From Naegleria gruberi (taxonomy: Eukaryota): a stretch of DNA of 64,000 bases. Below are positions 21,718 to 31,539 of this stretch, one piece after another. The notes beneath the pieces were generated by a model, which saw only the letters and a program-made list of their open reading frames with translations, did not search any database and was not told the DNA's origin. The stretch lies in NCBI GenBank assembly GCA_000004985.1, contig GG738856.1, one strand, 5' to 3'. Made by a program: the position numbers and the translations under genes. Positions within the stretch are counted from its first letter, which is position 1. Each line of letters starts with the position of its first letter.

Positions 21718-22840
21718 TTATTGATCAGTGAGAGTAAAGTTGGCAGTGGTGGTAGCAAGAACTCTACTATTTGGATGCTTGGATCCACATTCACCTTCAC
21801 AAGCAGCAGAGAAGAAAGTATATTTACCTGGTTCAAAGACAATTTGGTTTTGTTCATCATCTTGAGTTTGGACTTTAACTTGAATTTCAAAAGTACCTGG
21901 TTGGAAACCGTTAGCAACCAATTCACCTCCAGAAATGTCAGCAGTAGTTGGTCCATCACTGTGATAGTATCATTCCACAAAATATGTTCCAACAAGTGTG
22001 TGTGAAAAATCAATGATTAATATTGTAAAATATGAAAATGATTAGAATCATAAAATTAGATTGATACAAACACTTCAAAGTAAAGTTCACCAGTACCAGT
22101 TTGATTGTAGACTCTCAATTGAGTAACAGCAGTGAAAGTGGTACCCTTTGGAGCAGATTGTGGAACAACTCTAGAGTTGAAGAATTGAGCACAAGTTGGG
22201 AGCTTGCAGTTTCTGACTGGACACAAGGAGACCAATTGGCATCCATAGATAGCATCCAAATCAGCCTTATCAATCAAATTGATGAATTCGTTAACACCCA
22301 AGTAATCACAGACCAAGCTACAGGCAGCAACAACGAGAGAACCAACTCCCTATTGTTATGGTTGTATTCACAATCACACATTGGTTGTAACAATGTTGTC
22401 AAAATGTCAAGTGTTAAATGTCATGACGGTTTTAAGAAATATTTGATTAGTTTGATCAGAGACTTGTCAAGATAACTTACCTTCAAATATCCACACAATT
22501 CACCACATGATCCAATAACACCAACGTTCAAGATAATGTTCAACAATTGGTTGATGGTTTGATCCAACAATTGAATACACATATCACACAATTCATAATC
22601 ACCCTTGATCATTCTTGATCTCATTTGGGTGGCCATAGCTGGGTTTGATTCTTCAACCTTGTTAATAGCAAAGCTCAAAATCTTTGACTTTAAAGCAGAA
22701 CTTCCATGAATTCTAGCCTTGATTTGATTCTTCAAACTTTCTTGATCAGCACCGAATCTTGGTGTAGCCTTCATCATGACAAAAGGAGTCAAGTACAAAC
22801 ACAAGACAACGAGTGCGAGGACGATTTGTGTAGCCTTCAT
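21718..22840 (-). CDS. secreted saposin-like (SapB/amoebapore/countin-like) cysteine-rich protein, about 3 exons
   Basis: Exon 1 (22840..22481) encodes a signal peptide (MKATQIVLALVVLCLYLTPFV) and a Cys-paired helical segment (CDMCIQLLDQ...SCGELCGYLK), then a GTAAGT donor. Exon 2 (about 22350..22060) continues GVGSLVVAACSLVCDYLGVNEFINLIDKADLDAIYGCQLVSLCPVRNC. A third exon (about 21990..21718) encodes a Cys-containing beta-rich tail. The exon 2/3 boundary is not resolved exactly. Note: the displayed text and the ORF track disagree by one A near 22258..22261. Confidence 0.6.
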
Positions 22841-23407
22841 CTCTGAGTTTTAATTGTTTTTTTTCGAGAATGTTTTTCTGTGAGCGCAAAGCCTTCTTGT
22901 TCCTTTCACTTCCGCATTCTCTGCTGAACCACACAAGCAAAAGCCTTTTGCTTTGAGATTATCTCTCGCGTTTTTTCTTCTGTGATTATCGGGCCTTATT
23001 TTACGTAGAGAAATGCGCGCCAAAAATACTGTGCCGTTACAATGGTCATCAAGCAAATTTGATTGGTTTGTGAAAAAGTTGTGATGTGAAATGTGAAAGA
23101 AGTGATCTTCTATTGTGGCTCTTGGTGGGCTTGCATGAAGATTTTGAATAGAATGTGTTTTTGGTTTTTTGGTCAACCGTAGTGTGATAGTTTTACTGTA
23201 ATCTTGATATCATTAGTAGAGTTGTTGTGAAATAAGAACTTCCTGCAATGATTTGTGTGGTTTCAAGTAAACATCAACTCGAATTTTAAAATTGTTATTA
23301 GGAGAATTTGAAAAACCGTTGGTGTGAAATTTTTTCACATCATGTCCTGACAGAGGAAGCTCAATATTCGAATAAGTAGTGGGTCAATTGTTGAACACAT
23401 CAAAACT

Positions 23408-24055
23408 TTGTTTAAAAAAATGCAAAAACAACTCACCATCACATTTTTGATTACAATTCTTCTTTCATTAGTCCTTCTTCTTTCGTCTAACATTTCTGCC
23501 GAAAGTACAACATGCAATTTTGATGAGAAGATTTTTATGTTATCACCAGGAGAAAGTTACTTTCCACTCGAATGCACCATTTCACCATTCAATGAAATTC
23601 GTACCGATATCGAACTTGTCGGAAGAGGCATCACGTTATACTTGTTGACAGCTGACCAAAAACAAGATTACCTCCAAAAAACAAAAGATGACATTTACTA
23701 TCTACCTACCTTCTCCAATTCCCTTCAAAGTTTTGTCCTCCAAGATGAGTCAACCACTTCAATTTCACTCTCCTCAACCAAGAGAATGGATGGCATTGAT
23801 AAGGTTTTCATTCTCATGAAGGAACACAAGACCTACACTGTGGAATCTTCAGTTAGAGTTAAAATATTGATTACTCCACAACAAGCTACTGATTCGAGTA
23901 ATGCTGGAGCAATTGTTGGAGGAATTTTGGGAACTTTTACAATTTTGGGATTGTGTGTAATTGGTGGAGTGATTGGAGGAGCTATTTTGTGGAAGAAGAA
24001 GATTTTGCAACGTTGGTTGAAACGTGGTGGAGAGGAATATCAAACTGTTTTATAA
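23408..24055 (+). CDS. type I single-pass membrane protein (hypothetical)
   Basis: ATG at 23420, signal peptide LTITFLITILLSLVLLLSS, a roughly 150-aa ectodomain, a TM helix AIVGGILGTFTILGLCVIGGVIGGAILW, and a basic stop-transfer tail KKKILQRWLKRGG. Confidence 0.55.
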   Translation: MFKKMQKQLTITFLITILLSLVLLLSSNISAESTTCNFDEKIFMLSPGESYFPLECTISPFNEIRTDIELVGRGITLYLLTADQKQDYLQKTKDDIYYLPTFSNSLQSFVLQDESTTSISLSSTKRMDGIDKVFILMKEHKTYTVESSVRVKILITPQQATDSSNAGAIVGGILGTFTILGLCVIGGVIGGAILWKKKILQRWLKRGGEEYQTVL

Positions 24056-24171
24056 AGAGATTTCGCTATAGAATATATTGTGTAAAACAAAGTTGGAATA
24101 AACAATATAGGAAATGAGTGAAGTTAAGAACATTTGGAGTAATTTATTTTAGTGGATGTGATCCCCCTTAG

Positions 24172-24244
24172 CTCAGTCGGTAGAGCGTCAGACTGTTAAT
24201 CTGCAGGTCGGTGGTTCGAGCCCACCAGGGGGAGATTACTTTTT
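24172..24244 (+). tRNA. tRNA-Asn (anticodon GTT)
   Basis: Acceptor TCCCCCT/AGGGGGA, D-arm GCTCAGTCGGTAGAGC, anticodon loop CTGTTAA, T-arm GGTGGTTCGAGCCCACC. There is a 27-43 mismatch and position 1 is T (paired with A72), both unusual. Confidence 0.65.
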
Positions 24245-24290
24245 GCTACAACAAATTTTTAACTAAATCCTTGCATCAATTTAAAAAAAA

Positions 24291-25409
24291 ATGGGAACAA
24301 AGCCATCACGTACCTTGATGCCAATACGAACCATCATTCAACAGAAATTAACTAAAAAAGTTCTATTACTCGGTACCTCCGATTCTGGTAAATCCACATT
24401 ATTCCACATGTTGCAATTGATAACTTTCGGCCATAAAGTTGATGAAAAGTTTGAAAATAATTTGCGAATTGTTTGCTCATGGGTTGTTGAGCGAATTTGG
24501 GAAGTGATGGGAGAGCAAGACCGAAATCACTTGAAAGATCTCATCAACCCAGAACTGAGATTAGTGTTCGAAACTGCACGAAATACTTGTTTAGCTACTG
24601 AATTGCAAAATAGAGATTGTTGTGAAATATTGGTCAATCTTTGGAAAATTCCATTCTTTAGAGAGTTTTACGAATCAGTGTGGAGTAGAGATGGAATCAC
24701 AATGTACGAAAATGTCAAGGAATTAGTTTCAAGAATTGAAAACAGGAAAATCTTTTCTCCATATTCATTAATTCATTGTAGGACGGCTGGAATGTCGACA
24801 GACGAACCAATCAGAAACAACATTGAACTGATCGATGTTGGAGGACAGAGAAAAGAAAGAAGGAAATGGATTTATTGCTTTGAAGATGTTCATACAGTGA
24901 TTTATATGGTTTCTCTTTCAGAATTTAATCAATTTTTATTTGAAGATAACATTACTAATAGAATGGAAGAATCACTATCCTTATTTAGTGAGGTTATGAA
25001 TTCGAGATGGCTTGGTCCTGCTCGTAACATAATTCTCTTTGTAAAACCAGATGTTCTATGGAAAAAATTGGAAAATGGAGTGAAATATGATAGAGAACTC
25101 AATACTAATATTATAGCAGAGCTAGACAGAATTCCTGATCAGTATCTTAAACTGGTTATCAACTCGATCATTTCAGAATATTTCAAGAAAATAGATAGAA
25201 CTACAATTGATTCCTATCATATTGTGAATACAATCTCAGAAGAGGATATCAAATCTGTTTGTGAAATAATCTTTGGAGAGAGAATAGATCAAAAAACAAC
25301 CTTCATCTCACCATGTATCATTCCTGACAACAATAGAATGATACGGTGCCTCTTCAATAATTATCTGAATGAAAAATTGACAGATATACAAATCATTACT
25401 TCCGACTGA
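24291..25409 (+). CDS. heterotrimeric G-protein alpha subunit (divergent)
   Basis: MGTKPS N-myristoylation context, LLLGTSDSGKSTLF P-loop, DVGGQRKERRKWIYCFEDVHTVIYMVSLSEF (switch II), NRMEESLSLF, and a degenerate NKxD (VKPD). 372 aa, unspliced. Confidence 0.8.
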   Translation: MGTKPSRTLMPIRTIIQQKLTKKVLLLGTSDSGKSTLFHMLQLITFGHKVDEKFENNLRIVCSWVVERIWEVMGEQDRNHLKDLINPELRLVFETARNTCLATELQNRDCCEILVNLWKIPFFREFYESVWSRDGITMYENVKELVSRIENRKIFSPYSLIHCRTAGMSTDEPIRNNIELIDVGGQRKERRKWIYCFEDVHTVIYMVSLSEFNQFLFEDNITNRMEESLSLFSEVMNSRWLGPARNIILFVKPDVLWKKLENGVKYDRELNTNIIAELDRIPDQYLKLVINSIISEYFKKIDRTTIDSYHIVNTISEEDIKSVCEIIFGERIDQKTTFISPCIIPDNNRMIRCLFNNYLNEKLTDIQIITSD

Positions 25410-25552
25410 GATGTTAACTTATTAGGATAAATAGAGCTACATACAGATTTCAATTCATCTTTGCCAATTCGTCGTTAATTCAGAAGAGAGTGAAGGATAC
25501 AATATTGAGAAAAAGATATTTACGAATCATGTAGTTTATTATTTAAAATAAT

Positions 25553-27160
25553 TTAAAGAGTTGGATATTCTGCCTTATCATAACCATGAGGACGAGGAGG
25601 AATTAAGAATTGATTAACAGTTTGACTCATTTGAACAACTGGTTTCAGATATTTTACAGGTTGATAACTGAATGGAGTTTCTTCAAAACAACCAAGATGT
25701 TCCAATAAACGTGGAGCTCTCTTAATCATTCCCATCAATGACTTGGTTGCCAATGCAGCCATTGTATCAAAATGACGATATGGGACACCAAATTTCTCAT
25801 TCAATTCCTTCATCTCATCAGCTGAATATTCACCAAGATCTTGAACCCAATCATTGTACTTGGTCAGAGAGGTTGTTACATGATAGGATCCTCCTTGTTT
25901 GGATCTTCTCCAAAGACCATCGAGAGCACCACAAGTTCCCATCACTCCACAGCAATAGTCTGAGATTGGTAAGAGTGGCAAGACTGGTTCATCCAATCCT
26001 AAGGCCTTTCCTTGTTTCCAAGCAAGACCAGAGACACAATCAGCAATTTGTTGCCAACCAGATCTGTATGAAAGTGGACCATCATTTCCATAACAATTCT
26101 CAGAGACATAGACAATACCATAACCACGATCCTTTACCATCTCTGTTACTTGTTTGAATCCAAAACCTAATTTTTCCAAAGCTCCTGGTCTGTATCCTTG
26201 AACGAAAATATCACACTCCTTAATGAGCTCCCTCAGTTTTGATTTTCCTTCTTCAGTTTTCAAATCAATAAAACATGAATTTTGTCCAATATTATCCAAT
26301 TGGAATGCACTTCCATCAGGACTGTGTGGTCCAATAACTTTCAAAACTTGAGCTCCATATTCTGATAAATTACGACCAATGACAGGACCTGCAATAGCTC
26401 TCCCCAAACTCAAAACTTTAACACCATCAAGAATATTTCTTGTACCAGTAATTGGCTGAGGTTTTCCTTCTGAAATACTTTCAACTTCCCACAATGGCTT
26501 TGCATGAATGATTTGTCCGTGTTCACTTTCCAAAAATTCCTCTCTCGTCAAGCAAGTAACACCTGCTTGTTTGTATTGTTCATTTGAAACTTTCTCAATA
26601 TCAGAAGAGTTCCATTCCAATACCTTTTCTTGAATAAATGCAAATGCTTCAGCTGCATTGAGATTTTGATTATGTGGAATTCCCAACATGTCAAAAGTTG
26701 GTGTAGCATTCAAAGAACCATGCAAGTGATAGAATTTACCATCCTTACATTTGTAAATATTGGTACTTGCAAATCGATATTCATTACTGAATGTATCATG
26801 ATAATCAGTATTTGGTAAAATCTTCATAAGAGCTGGAGTGGCAGCAAACAGTACAGTATTCAAGTACATCAAGGCACGATCCAAATTGACTGTGACATTT
26901 TGCTCACCAAATCTTTCCTTACCAAGTAAATTTGCCAAACTTCCTTCAATTCCCTTCAGTACAGAAACTGCTTCTTGTTGTTTGACAGGACATGGAAGTA
27001 TTGGTTCCACAAGTCCAATACTTGATTCAAATTTGACCTTCTCCAAGAGTTCAACCACCTCTTGATCAATTCCAACTGGTAAATCCTTACCGATCGATTC
27101 AACAATTGTTTTAATAGTCTCTTCAAGTCTTGCCATTATAATAATACACAGATCACACAC
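25553..27160 (-). CDS. CoA-transferase family III (CaiB/BaiF-type) protein with a roughly 200-aa N-terminal extension
   Basis: GTRNILDGVKVLSLGRAIAGPVIGRNLSEYGAQVLKVIGP matches the family III signature (VLDLSRVLAGP...LGAEVIKVE). The probable start is the second Met (MARLEE, 27136). Confidence 0.8.
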   Translation of the reverse strand: MCDLCIIIMARLEETIKTIVESIGKDLPVGIDQEVVELLEKVKFESSIGLVEPILPCPVKQQEAVSVLKGIEGSLANLLGKERFGEQNVTVNLDRALMYLNTVLFAATPALMKILPNTDYHDTFSNEYRFASTNIYKCKDGKFYHLHGSLNATPTFDMLGIPHNQNLNAAEAFAFIQEKVLEWNSSDIEKVSNEQYKQAGVTCLTREEFLESEHGQIIHAKPLWEVESISEGKPQPITGTRNILDGVKVLSLGRAIAGPVIGRNLSEYGAQVLKVIGPHSPDGSAFQLDNIGQNSCFIDLKTEEGKSKLRELIKECDIFVQGYRPGALEKLGFGFKQVTEMVKDRGYGIVYVSENCYGNDGPLSYRSGWQQIADCVSGLAWKQGKALGLDEPVLPLLPISDYCCGVMGTCGALDGLWRRSKQGGSYHVTTSLTKYNDWVQDLGEYSADEMKELNEKFGVPYRHFDTMAALATKSLMGMIKRAPRLLEHLGCFEETPFSYQPVKYLKPVVQMSQTVNQFLIPPRPHGYDKAEYPTL

Positions 27161-27649
27161 AACAATTATTCAACTCAAAAAGCCAATGATGACAATTAAT
27201 GTTAATTTTTTTTTAATTCATTTCCCGACGACGCACAGTTAAACCTTTTTAAATCAATTACCGCCTCATCAAAAGAAATGGAAATATAACGCTTTTGCTG
27301 ATCAATATGATGACGATGATTGGAACTGAATGGTTTTGATAATATGTGCTGGTAGTAGCATTGTAAGGCGTAGCCTGCTTTAAATAATTTTCATTTTTTT
27401 TGTAAGCGGGATTGAACGCAGCGGTAAAGACTTTCCCGCCAAGCCCGAAATTGTGCTATTTGCTGATTTTGAGTGGGAACCCGAAAATGTTAGATTGATC
27501 CGAAGCCCAGTTGGTATTTTGAATAATTAGAAGGAAGGTTGTGACAAATTTTCAAAATAAAAACAATCAAATTGATCTCTGTAAAGTGTTTGATCAGTTT
27601 TTGAAGAGTATTTGTAAAATTGTAAAGTAATTGTGAAGAATTTGAGAAA
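27161..27649. promoter_or_regulatory. shared divergent intergenic region (putative bidirectional promoter) between the CoA-transferase and AtuA-like genes
   Basis: 489-bp AT-rich spacer between two head-to-head start codons. No motif was identified, so this is inferred from arrangement only. Confidence 0.3.
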
Positions 27650-29455
27650 ATGAAGAGACCTCTAAATATTGCAGCTTGTTCTGGAGTAACTGGTGACAAT
27701 CCGAATGCAATTTATGATCAAGCAGTTGGTGATCATCCAATCGATGTCATTATTGGTGATTATTTGGCTGAGGTTAATATTGCATGGCATGCATTGGCTA
27801 GAAAAACAGATCCATCCAAAGGATACGATGAGGGTTTCGTTGAGAATTTGAAACCAGCATTGCCAGTTTTAAAGGAGAAAGGTATCAAGGTTGTTGTGAA
27901 TGCTGGGGCCTTGAATCCTTCAGGTTTAGTCCAAGAATTGAGAAAGGTCTTGAATGAGCAAAAGATTGAAATGAATATTGCTTGGATTGAAGGTGATGAC
28001 ATTGTAAGAAAGATTCCTGAATTAATTGAAACTGGAAATGAGTTTATTCACTTGGATAATCCAAATGTCAAGTTATCCGAATGGAGATGCACTCCAATTT
28101 CTGCAAATGCTTATTTGGGTGCTTGGGGAATTGCCAAAGCATTGAATGAAGGAGCAGACATTGTCATTTGTCCAAGAGTTACTGATGCTTCACTTGTGGT
28201 TGGATGTGGTATTTGGTGGCATGATTGGAAAAAAGATCAATTTGACATTTTGGCAGGTGCTGTCATGACAGGACATTTAATTGAATGCAGTGCTTATATT
28301 ACAGGAGGAAATTATGCAGGTTTTAGAAATGTCAAGAATAATGTCGATTTACCATTTCCAATTGTTGAACTAGCTCATGATGGCAGTTGTGTCATTACAA
28401 AACATTCAAACACAAATGGTGAAATCTCACTTGGAACTGTCACTACCCAATTCCTATATGAAATTCAAGGACCTATCTATTTAAACCCTGATGTAACCTG
28501 TCATCTCAGTACTGCTCAAATTACAGAAATTGCTCCTGACAGAGTTGCATTGACAGGTATTAAGGGAAGTGCTCCATCCAAGCAAACTAAAGTTGCCATC
28601 TGTGGAATTGGTGGCTATCAAGTTGAATTCTCTGTTTACATGACAAGTCCAAACGTCCAAGAAAAGGAAGATCATTTCAGAAAGCAAATGATGAGGATGG
28701 TCAACCCAGAAAAATTCCTAGTTCTTGATGTGACCAGATATGGAGGACAAGTTCAAGATCCAAAATCTCAAGCAGAGGCAACTTGTCAAATTCGTGTTTT
28801 TGCTCAAGCTATTGATGCCGAAACAGTTTCGTTTAAGAATTTCACTGGACGAATCTTGTCAACTGGAATGCAAGGATTTGGAGGTTTCCACTTGAATATG
28901 GATTTCAGAACTGCTCAACCAAAACCTTTCATTGAATATTATCCAGCACTTCTTGATGTATCCTCTCTAGAACACACAGTTTTTGTAAACGACAAGGAAT
29001 TCATTGTAAACGATTTGGAAATTCCAAGACAAGAAATTTCCTGCTCAGTCAACCAACTTCCAACTCTCGAATTTGACCCTTCTAAATATCCAGAAACAAT
29101 CAGGGCTCCACTAGGAAGAGTAGCCCTTGCTCGTTCTGGAGATAAAGGAGGAAACATGAATGTTGGAATCTATGTCCTTCATGACCAAGCATGGCCATGG
29201 CTTAAATCCTTCCTCAACGAGGAAACTTTTAGAAAATTGCTTGGAAATGATAATTCTCCCGACTATATTATCGAAAGATGTGAATTTGAAAATTTGAGAG
29301 CTGTTCACTTTAAAGTGATTGGAATTTTGGGAAAGGGAGTTTCAAGTACTGCAAGAATGGATTCATTCGCCAAATCTTGGGGTGAGTTTTTGAGAGCTCG
29401 ACATGTGGACATTCCATTGGAAATTTATGAAAATTGCAGTGTAGATTTATTGTAA
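27650..29455 (+). CDS. AtuA-like protein (DUF1446 N-domain plus DUF4387-type C-domain; acyclic terpene utilisation family)
   Basis: The N-terminus MKRPLNIAACSGVTGDNPNAIYDQAVGDHPIDVIIGDYLAEVNIAWHALARKTDPSKGYDEGFV fits the DUF1446/AtuA N-terminal consensus. The length (601 aa) is typical of the family. Unspliced. Confidence 0.7.
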   Translation: MKRPLNIAACSGVTGDNPNAIYDQAVGDHPIDVIIGDYLAEVNIAWHALARKTDPSKGYDEGFVENLKPALPVLKEKGIKVVVNAGALNPSGLVQELRKVLNEQKIEMNIAWIEGDDIVRKIPELIETGNEFIHLDNPNVKLSEWRCTPISANAYLGAWGIAKALNEGADIVICPRVTDASLVVGCGIWWHDWKKDQFDILAGAVMTGHLIECSAYITGGNYAGFRNVKNNVDLPFPIVELAHDGSCVITKHSNTNGEISLGTVTTQFLYEIQGPIYLNPDVTCHLSTAQITEIAPDRVALTGIKGSAPSKQTKVAICGIGGYQVEFSVYMTSPNVQEKEDHFRKQMMRMVNPEKFLVLDVTRYGGQVQDPKSQAEATCQIRVFAQAIDAETVSFKNFTGRILSTGMQGFGGFHLNMDFRTAQPKPFIEYYPALLDVSSLEHTVFVNDKEFIVNDLEIPRQEISCSVNQLPTLEFDPSKYPETIRAPLGRVALARSGDKGGNMNVGIYVLHDQAWPWLKSFLNEETFRKLLGNDNSPDYIIERCEFENLRAVHFKVIGILGKGVSSTARMDSFAKSWGEFLRARHVDIPLEIYENCSVDLL

Positions 29456-29485
29456 ACGTAACAAGTTTCGATTCGAACTTTAAAA

Positions 29486-30415
29486 ATGTTGGAAAAAATG
29501 CAACAAGAAGAAGAAAAATCAAAGAATTGTTTTGCTCTCTTTTCTGATCATGATGAAACAATTTGTTCTACCAAGCCGAGTCCACAATTAGCACCTCCCG
29601 ATCATCAATTTTTCAATAAATTTGGGAAAATCAAGATGGTTGTATGTCGAGTAAATAATTGTTTTGTAGTTTCGGAACACGATGAAGTATTTGTTGGTAG
29701 TAAGAGCGGGTGGCAACGATTGGGAACAAGTTTTAAATTTACCAATGAGAAAATAGTGCATATCAGTGCAAGTTATCATATTCTTGTTATGATTTTACAA
29801 TCTGGCAATACTACAAATATTGGGACAAGAGTATTTTGGTGTTTTATTAATACTAATGGAGGTGGTAATAAATTTGGAGAGACAATTACTGAATGTACAG
29901 AGTTGGTGGATCATTTCTCCAATAAGGAAGGACCTCAAACTACTACTTGGTATCATTTGCAAGATTTTGAATTGATGGATGGGGAATATGTTAATTATAC
30001 TTCATGTGCTGCATATGCCTGTACATTTATTACATCCCATGGAAGACTTTTTGCATGTGGTAGTAATCAATTTGGTGAAATAGCTCAACCAACAATTAGT
30101 TTTAGAACAAGTAATGTTATTTGCAAAGTTAATCTTTGTAATCTTGATCCTTTGAATGAATGTAAAAATCCATTCTTTGTCAAATCAGTGAATGGGGATC
30201 ACAATATTATTGCCTTGACAAAGGATCATAATATTTTCTATTGTGGATATCAAATGGAAGCTGGAGGTAAAGATCTACCAATGATGAGACAATTGAAACG
30301 ACATGACACAATGGAACCTTATGAATACAGGAATATCAAGAAAAAAGACGAGTTCAAGCACTGTTTTATGCCATGCAAGGGCTTGTGGAGCAACGATTTG
30401 GAATGGAATCTTTGA
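29486..30415 (+). CDS. RCC1-like repeat (beta-propeller) protein
   Basis: Repeats of the form hhxxxxxhhxxxSxGxxxxCGxNxFGEI (VVCRVNNCFVVSEHDEVFVGS; YACTFITSHGRLFACGSNQFGEIAQ; HNIIALTKDHNIFYCGYQ). The 3' end overlaps the next ORF in another frame. Confidence 0.55.
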   Translation: MLEKMQQEEEKSKNCFALFSDHDETICSTKPSPQLAPPDHQFFNKFGKIKMVVCRVNNCFVVSEHDEVFVGSKSGWQRLGTSFKFTNEKIVHISASYHILVMILQSGNTTNIGTRVFWCFINTNGGGNKFGETITECTELVDHFSNKEGPQTTTWYHLQDFELMDGEYVNYTSCAAYACTFITSHGRLFACGSNQFGEIAQPTISFRTSNVICKVNLCNLDPLNECKNPFFVKSVNGDHNIIALTKDHNIFYCGYQMEAGGKDLPMMRQLKRHDTMEPYEYRNIKKKDEFKHCFMPCKGLWSNDLEWNL

Positions 30416-31512
30416 GGTCAATTGAGAAATGCCGAGAATTGCTCTCGAAAAATTTTGACAATTTCACAAATTATACAGTGGCTTGCACTTATAAATTACT
30501 GAGTCGATATGAAATGGGATATGGAAGGGTTAATTATTCGAGATTCTATCTGAATTGTGTCAAGTCCTATTTTGATGGAAATGAGCCAAAGAATTCATTT
30601 GAGAGGAATATGAAACAATTGATTAGAACAGCTGAAATTGTGGACTCACATAATGAGATGGGTCATTTATTTGTCAAGAATTTGCCAGAAATATTTGAAG
30701 CAATTACCAATCTTCCATTACCAGATGAAATTATTAAGGTATTGCAGCAAGACTCCGTCAACTCAACTAATTATTTGGATCAAATGAAAATTATTGAAAT
30801 AATTGTAAATCACACTGTCCAATTCTCTAAAGAAAAGACAAATTCCTATAAGACAGAAGAACAGAGAAAGTTTATTGACAACTATCTTGAGAATTTCAAA
30901 TCCATCTTTTTGAATGGTTTGAGCATTTCAATGCTTATGCGCTCTGGACAGGGAAATGAACTAATTGAAGAAGCTGCTTTGAAAGTTACCTATTCATCAG
31001 AGACTGAATACTTTCCCTTGCTTCCTATATTTGTTCTGCCATATGTTGCTTTGGCCAGTCGTTTCCATTTACAAATAGTGAAACAGATCGAAAATGGGCA
31101 AACACAACAGGAAAGCAAGAAGAATCCAACAAGTGTAGATTATTACGAAATTCTAGCCAAAGATTTACTAGCTTTGAGAGTGCTTGCAAAGAGATACAAA
31201 CGAGTTGAATTTTCTTATGGAACCATGATGAATGAAATGGACGAAATTTTAAAGAAGAAAGTTGAACAATCATCTCAACAGAATGTGGAATTCAGCACAA
31301 CTTCTGACGTGGCCACGCCACAAACTACTCACGTGGAGAGTTCTTGTCTAATTGATGAACAGCCACTTTCCTTTTTATTGGGATTTGTTAATGAGGCAGC
31401 TCAACACTCACAACCATTCGAAAGTTCAAACCAACACATTGCAGAAAATCCATTCCACTTTCTTTCTGAGGATTTTTCACAAATGCTCTCTCCCGATTTT
31501 TCATTCTTTTAG
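30373..31512 (+). CDS. hypothetical protein (possibly the continuation of the RCC1-like gene after a frameshift)
   Basis: 379-aa ORF with no recognised domain. Both frames are open across 30325..30415, and no GT..AG intron of the right phase restores continuity. The start could be a downstream ATG (30403). Confidence 0.45.
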   Translation: MQGLVEQRFGMESLRSIEKCRELLSKNFDNFTNYTVACTYKLLSRYEMGYGRVNYSRFYLNCVKSYFDGNEPKNSFERNMKQLIRTAEIVDSHNEMGHLFVKNLPEIFEAITNLPLPDEIIKVLQQDSVNSTNYLDQMKIIEIIVNHTVQFSKEKTNSYKTEEQRKFIDNYLENFKSIFLNGLSISMLMRSGQGNELIEEAALKVTYSSETEYFPLLPIFVLPYVALASRFHLQIVKQIENGQTQQESKKNPTSVDYYEILAKDLLALRVLAKRYKRVEFSYGTMMNEMDEILKKKVEQSSQQNVEFSTTSDVATPQTTHVESSCLIDEQPLSFLLGFVNEAAQHSQPFESSNQHIAENPFHFLSEDFSQMLSPDFSFF

Positions 31513-31539
31513 TTTTCACACAAATATATTTGAGTTTAT

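Noticed and set aside
22255-22265. One-base discrepancy between the displayed sequence (4 A at 22258..22261) and the ORF track (translations on both strands require 3 A)
   Set aside because: I cannot resolve which is correct from the text alone, so I followed the ORF-track coordinates. Hand-counted positions between about 22260 and 22420 may be off by 1.
22850-23176. 108-aa basic ORF upstream of the saposin-like gene
   Set aside because: It lies in the 5' flank of the minus-strand gene. Its composition is Arg/Lys/His-rich without any motif and there are no splice or start context signals, so it is probably spurious.
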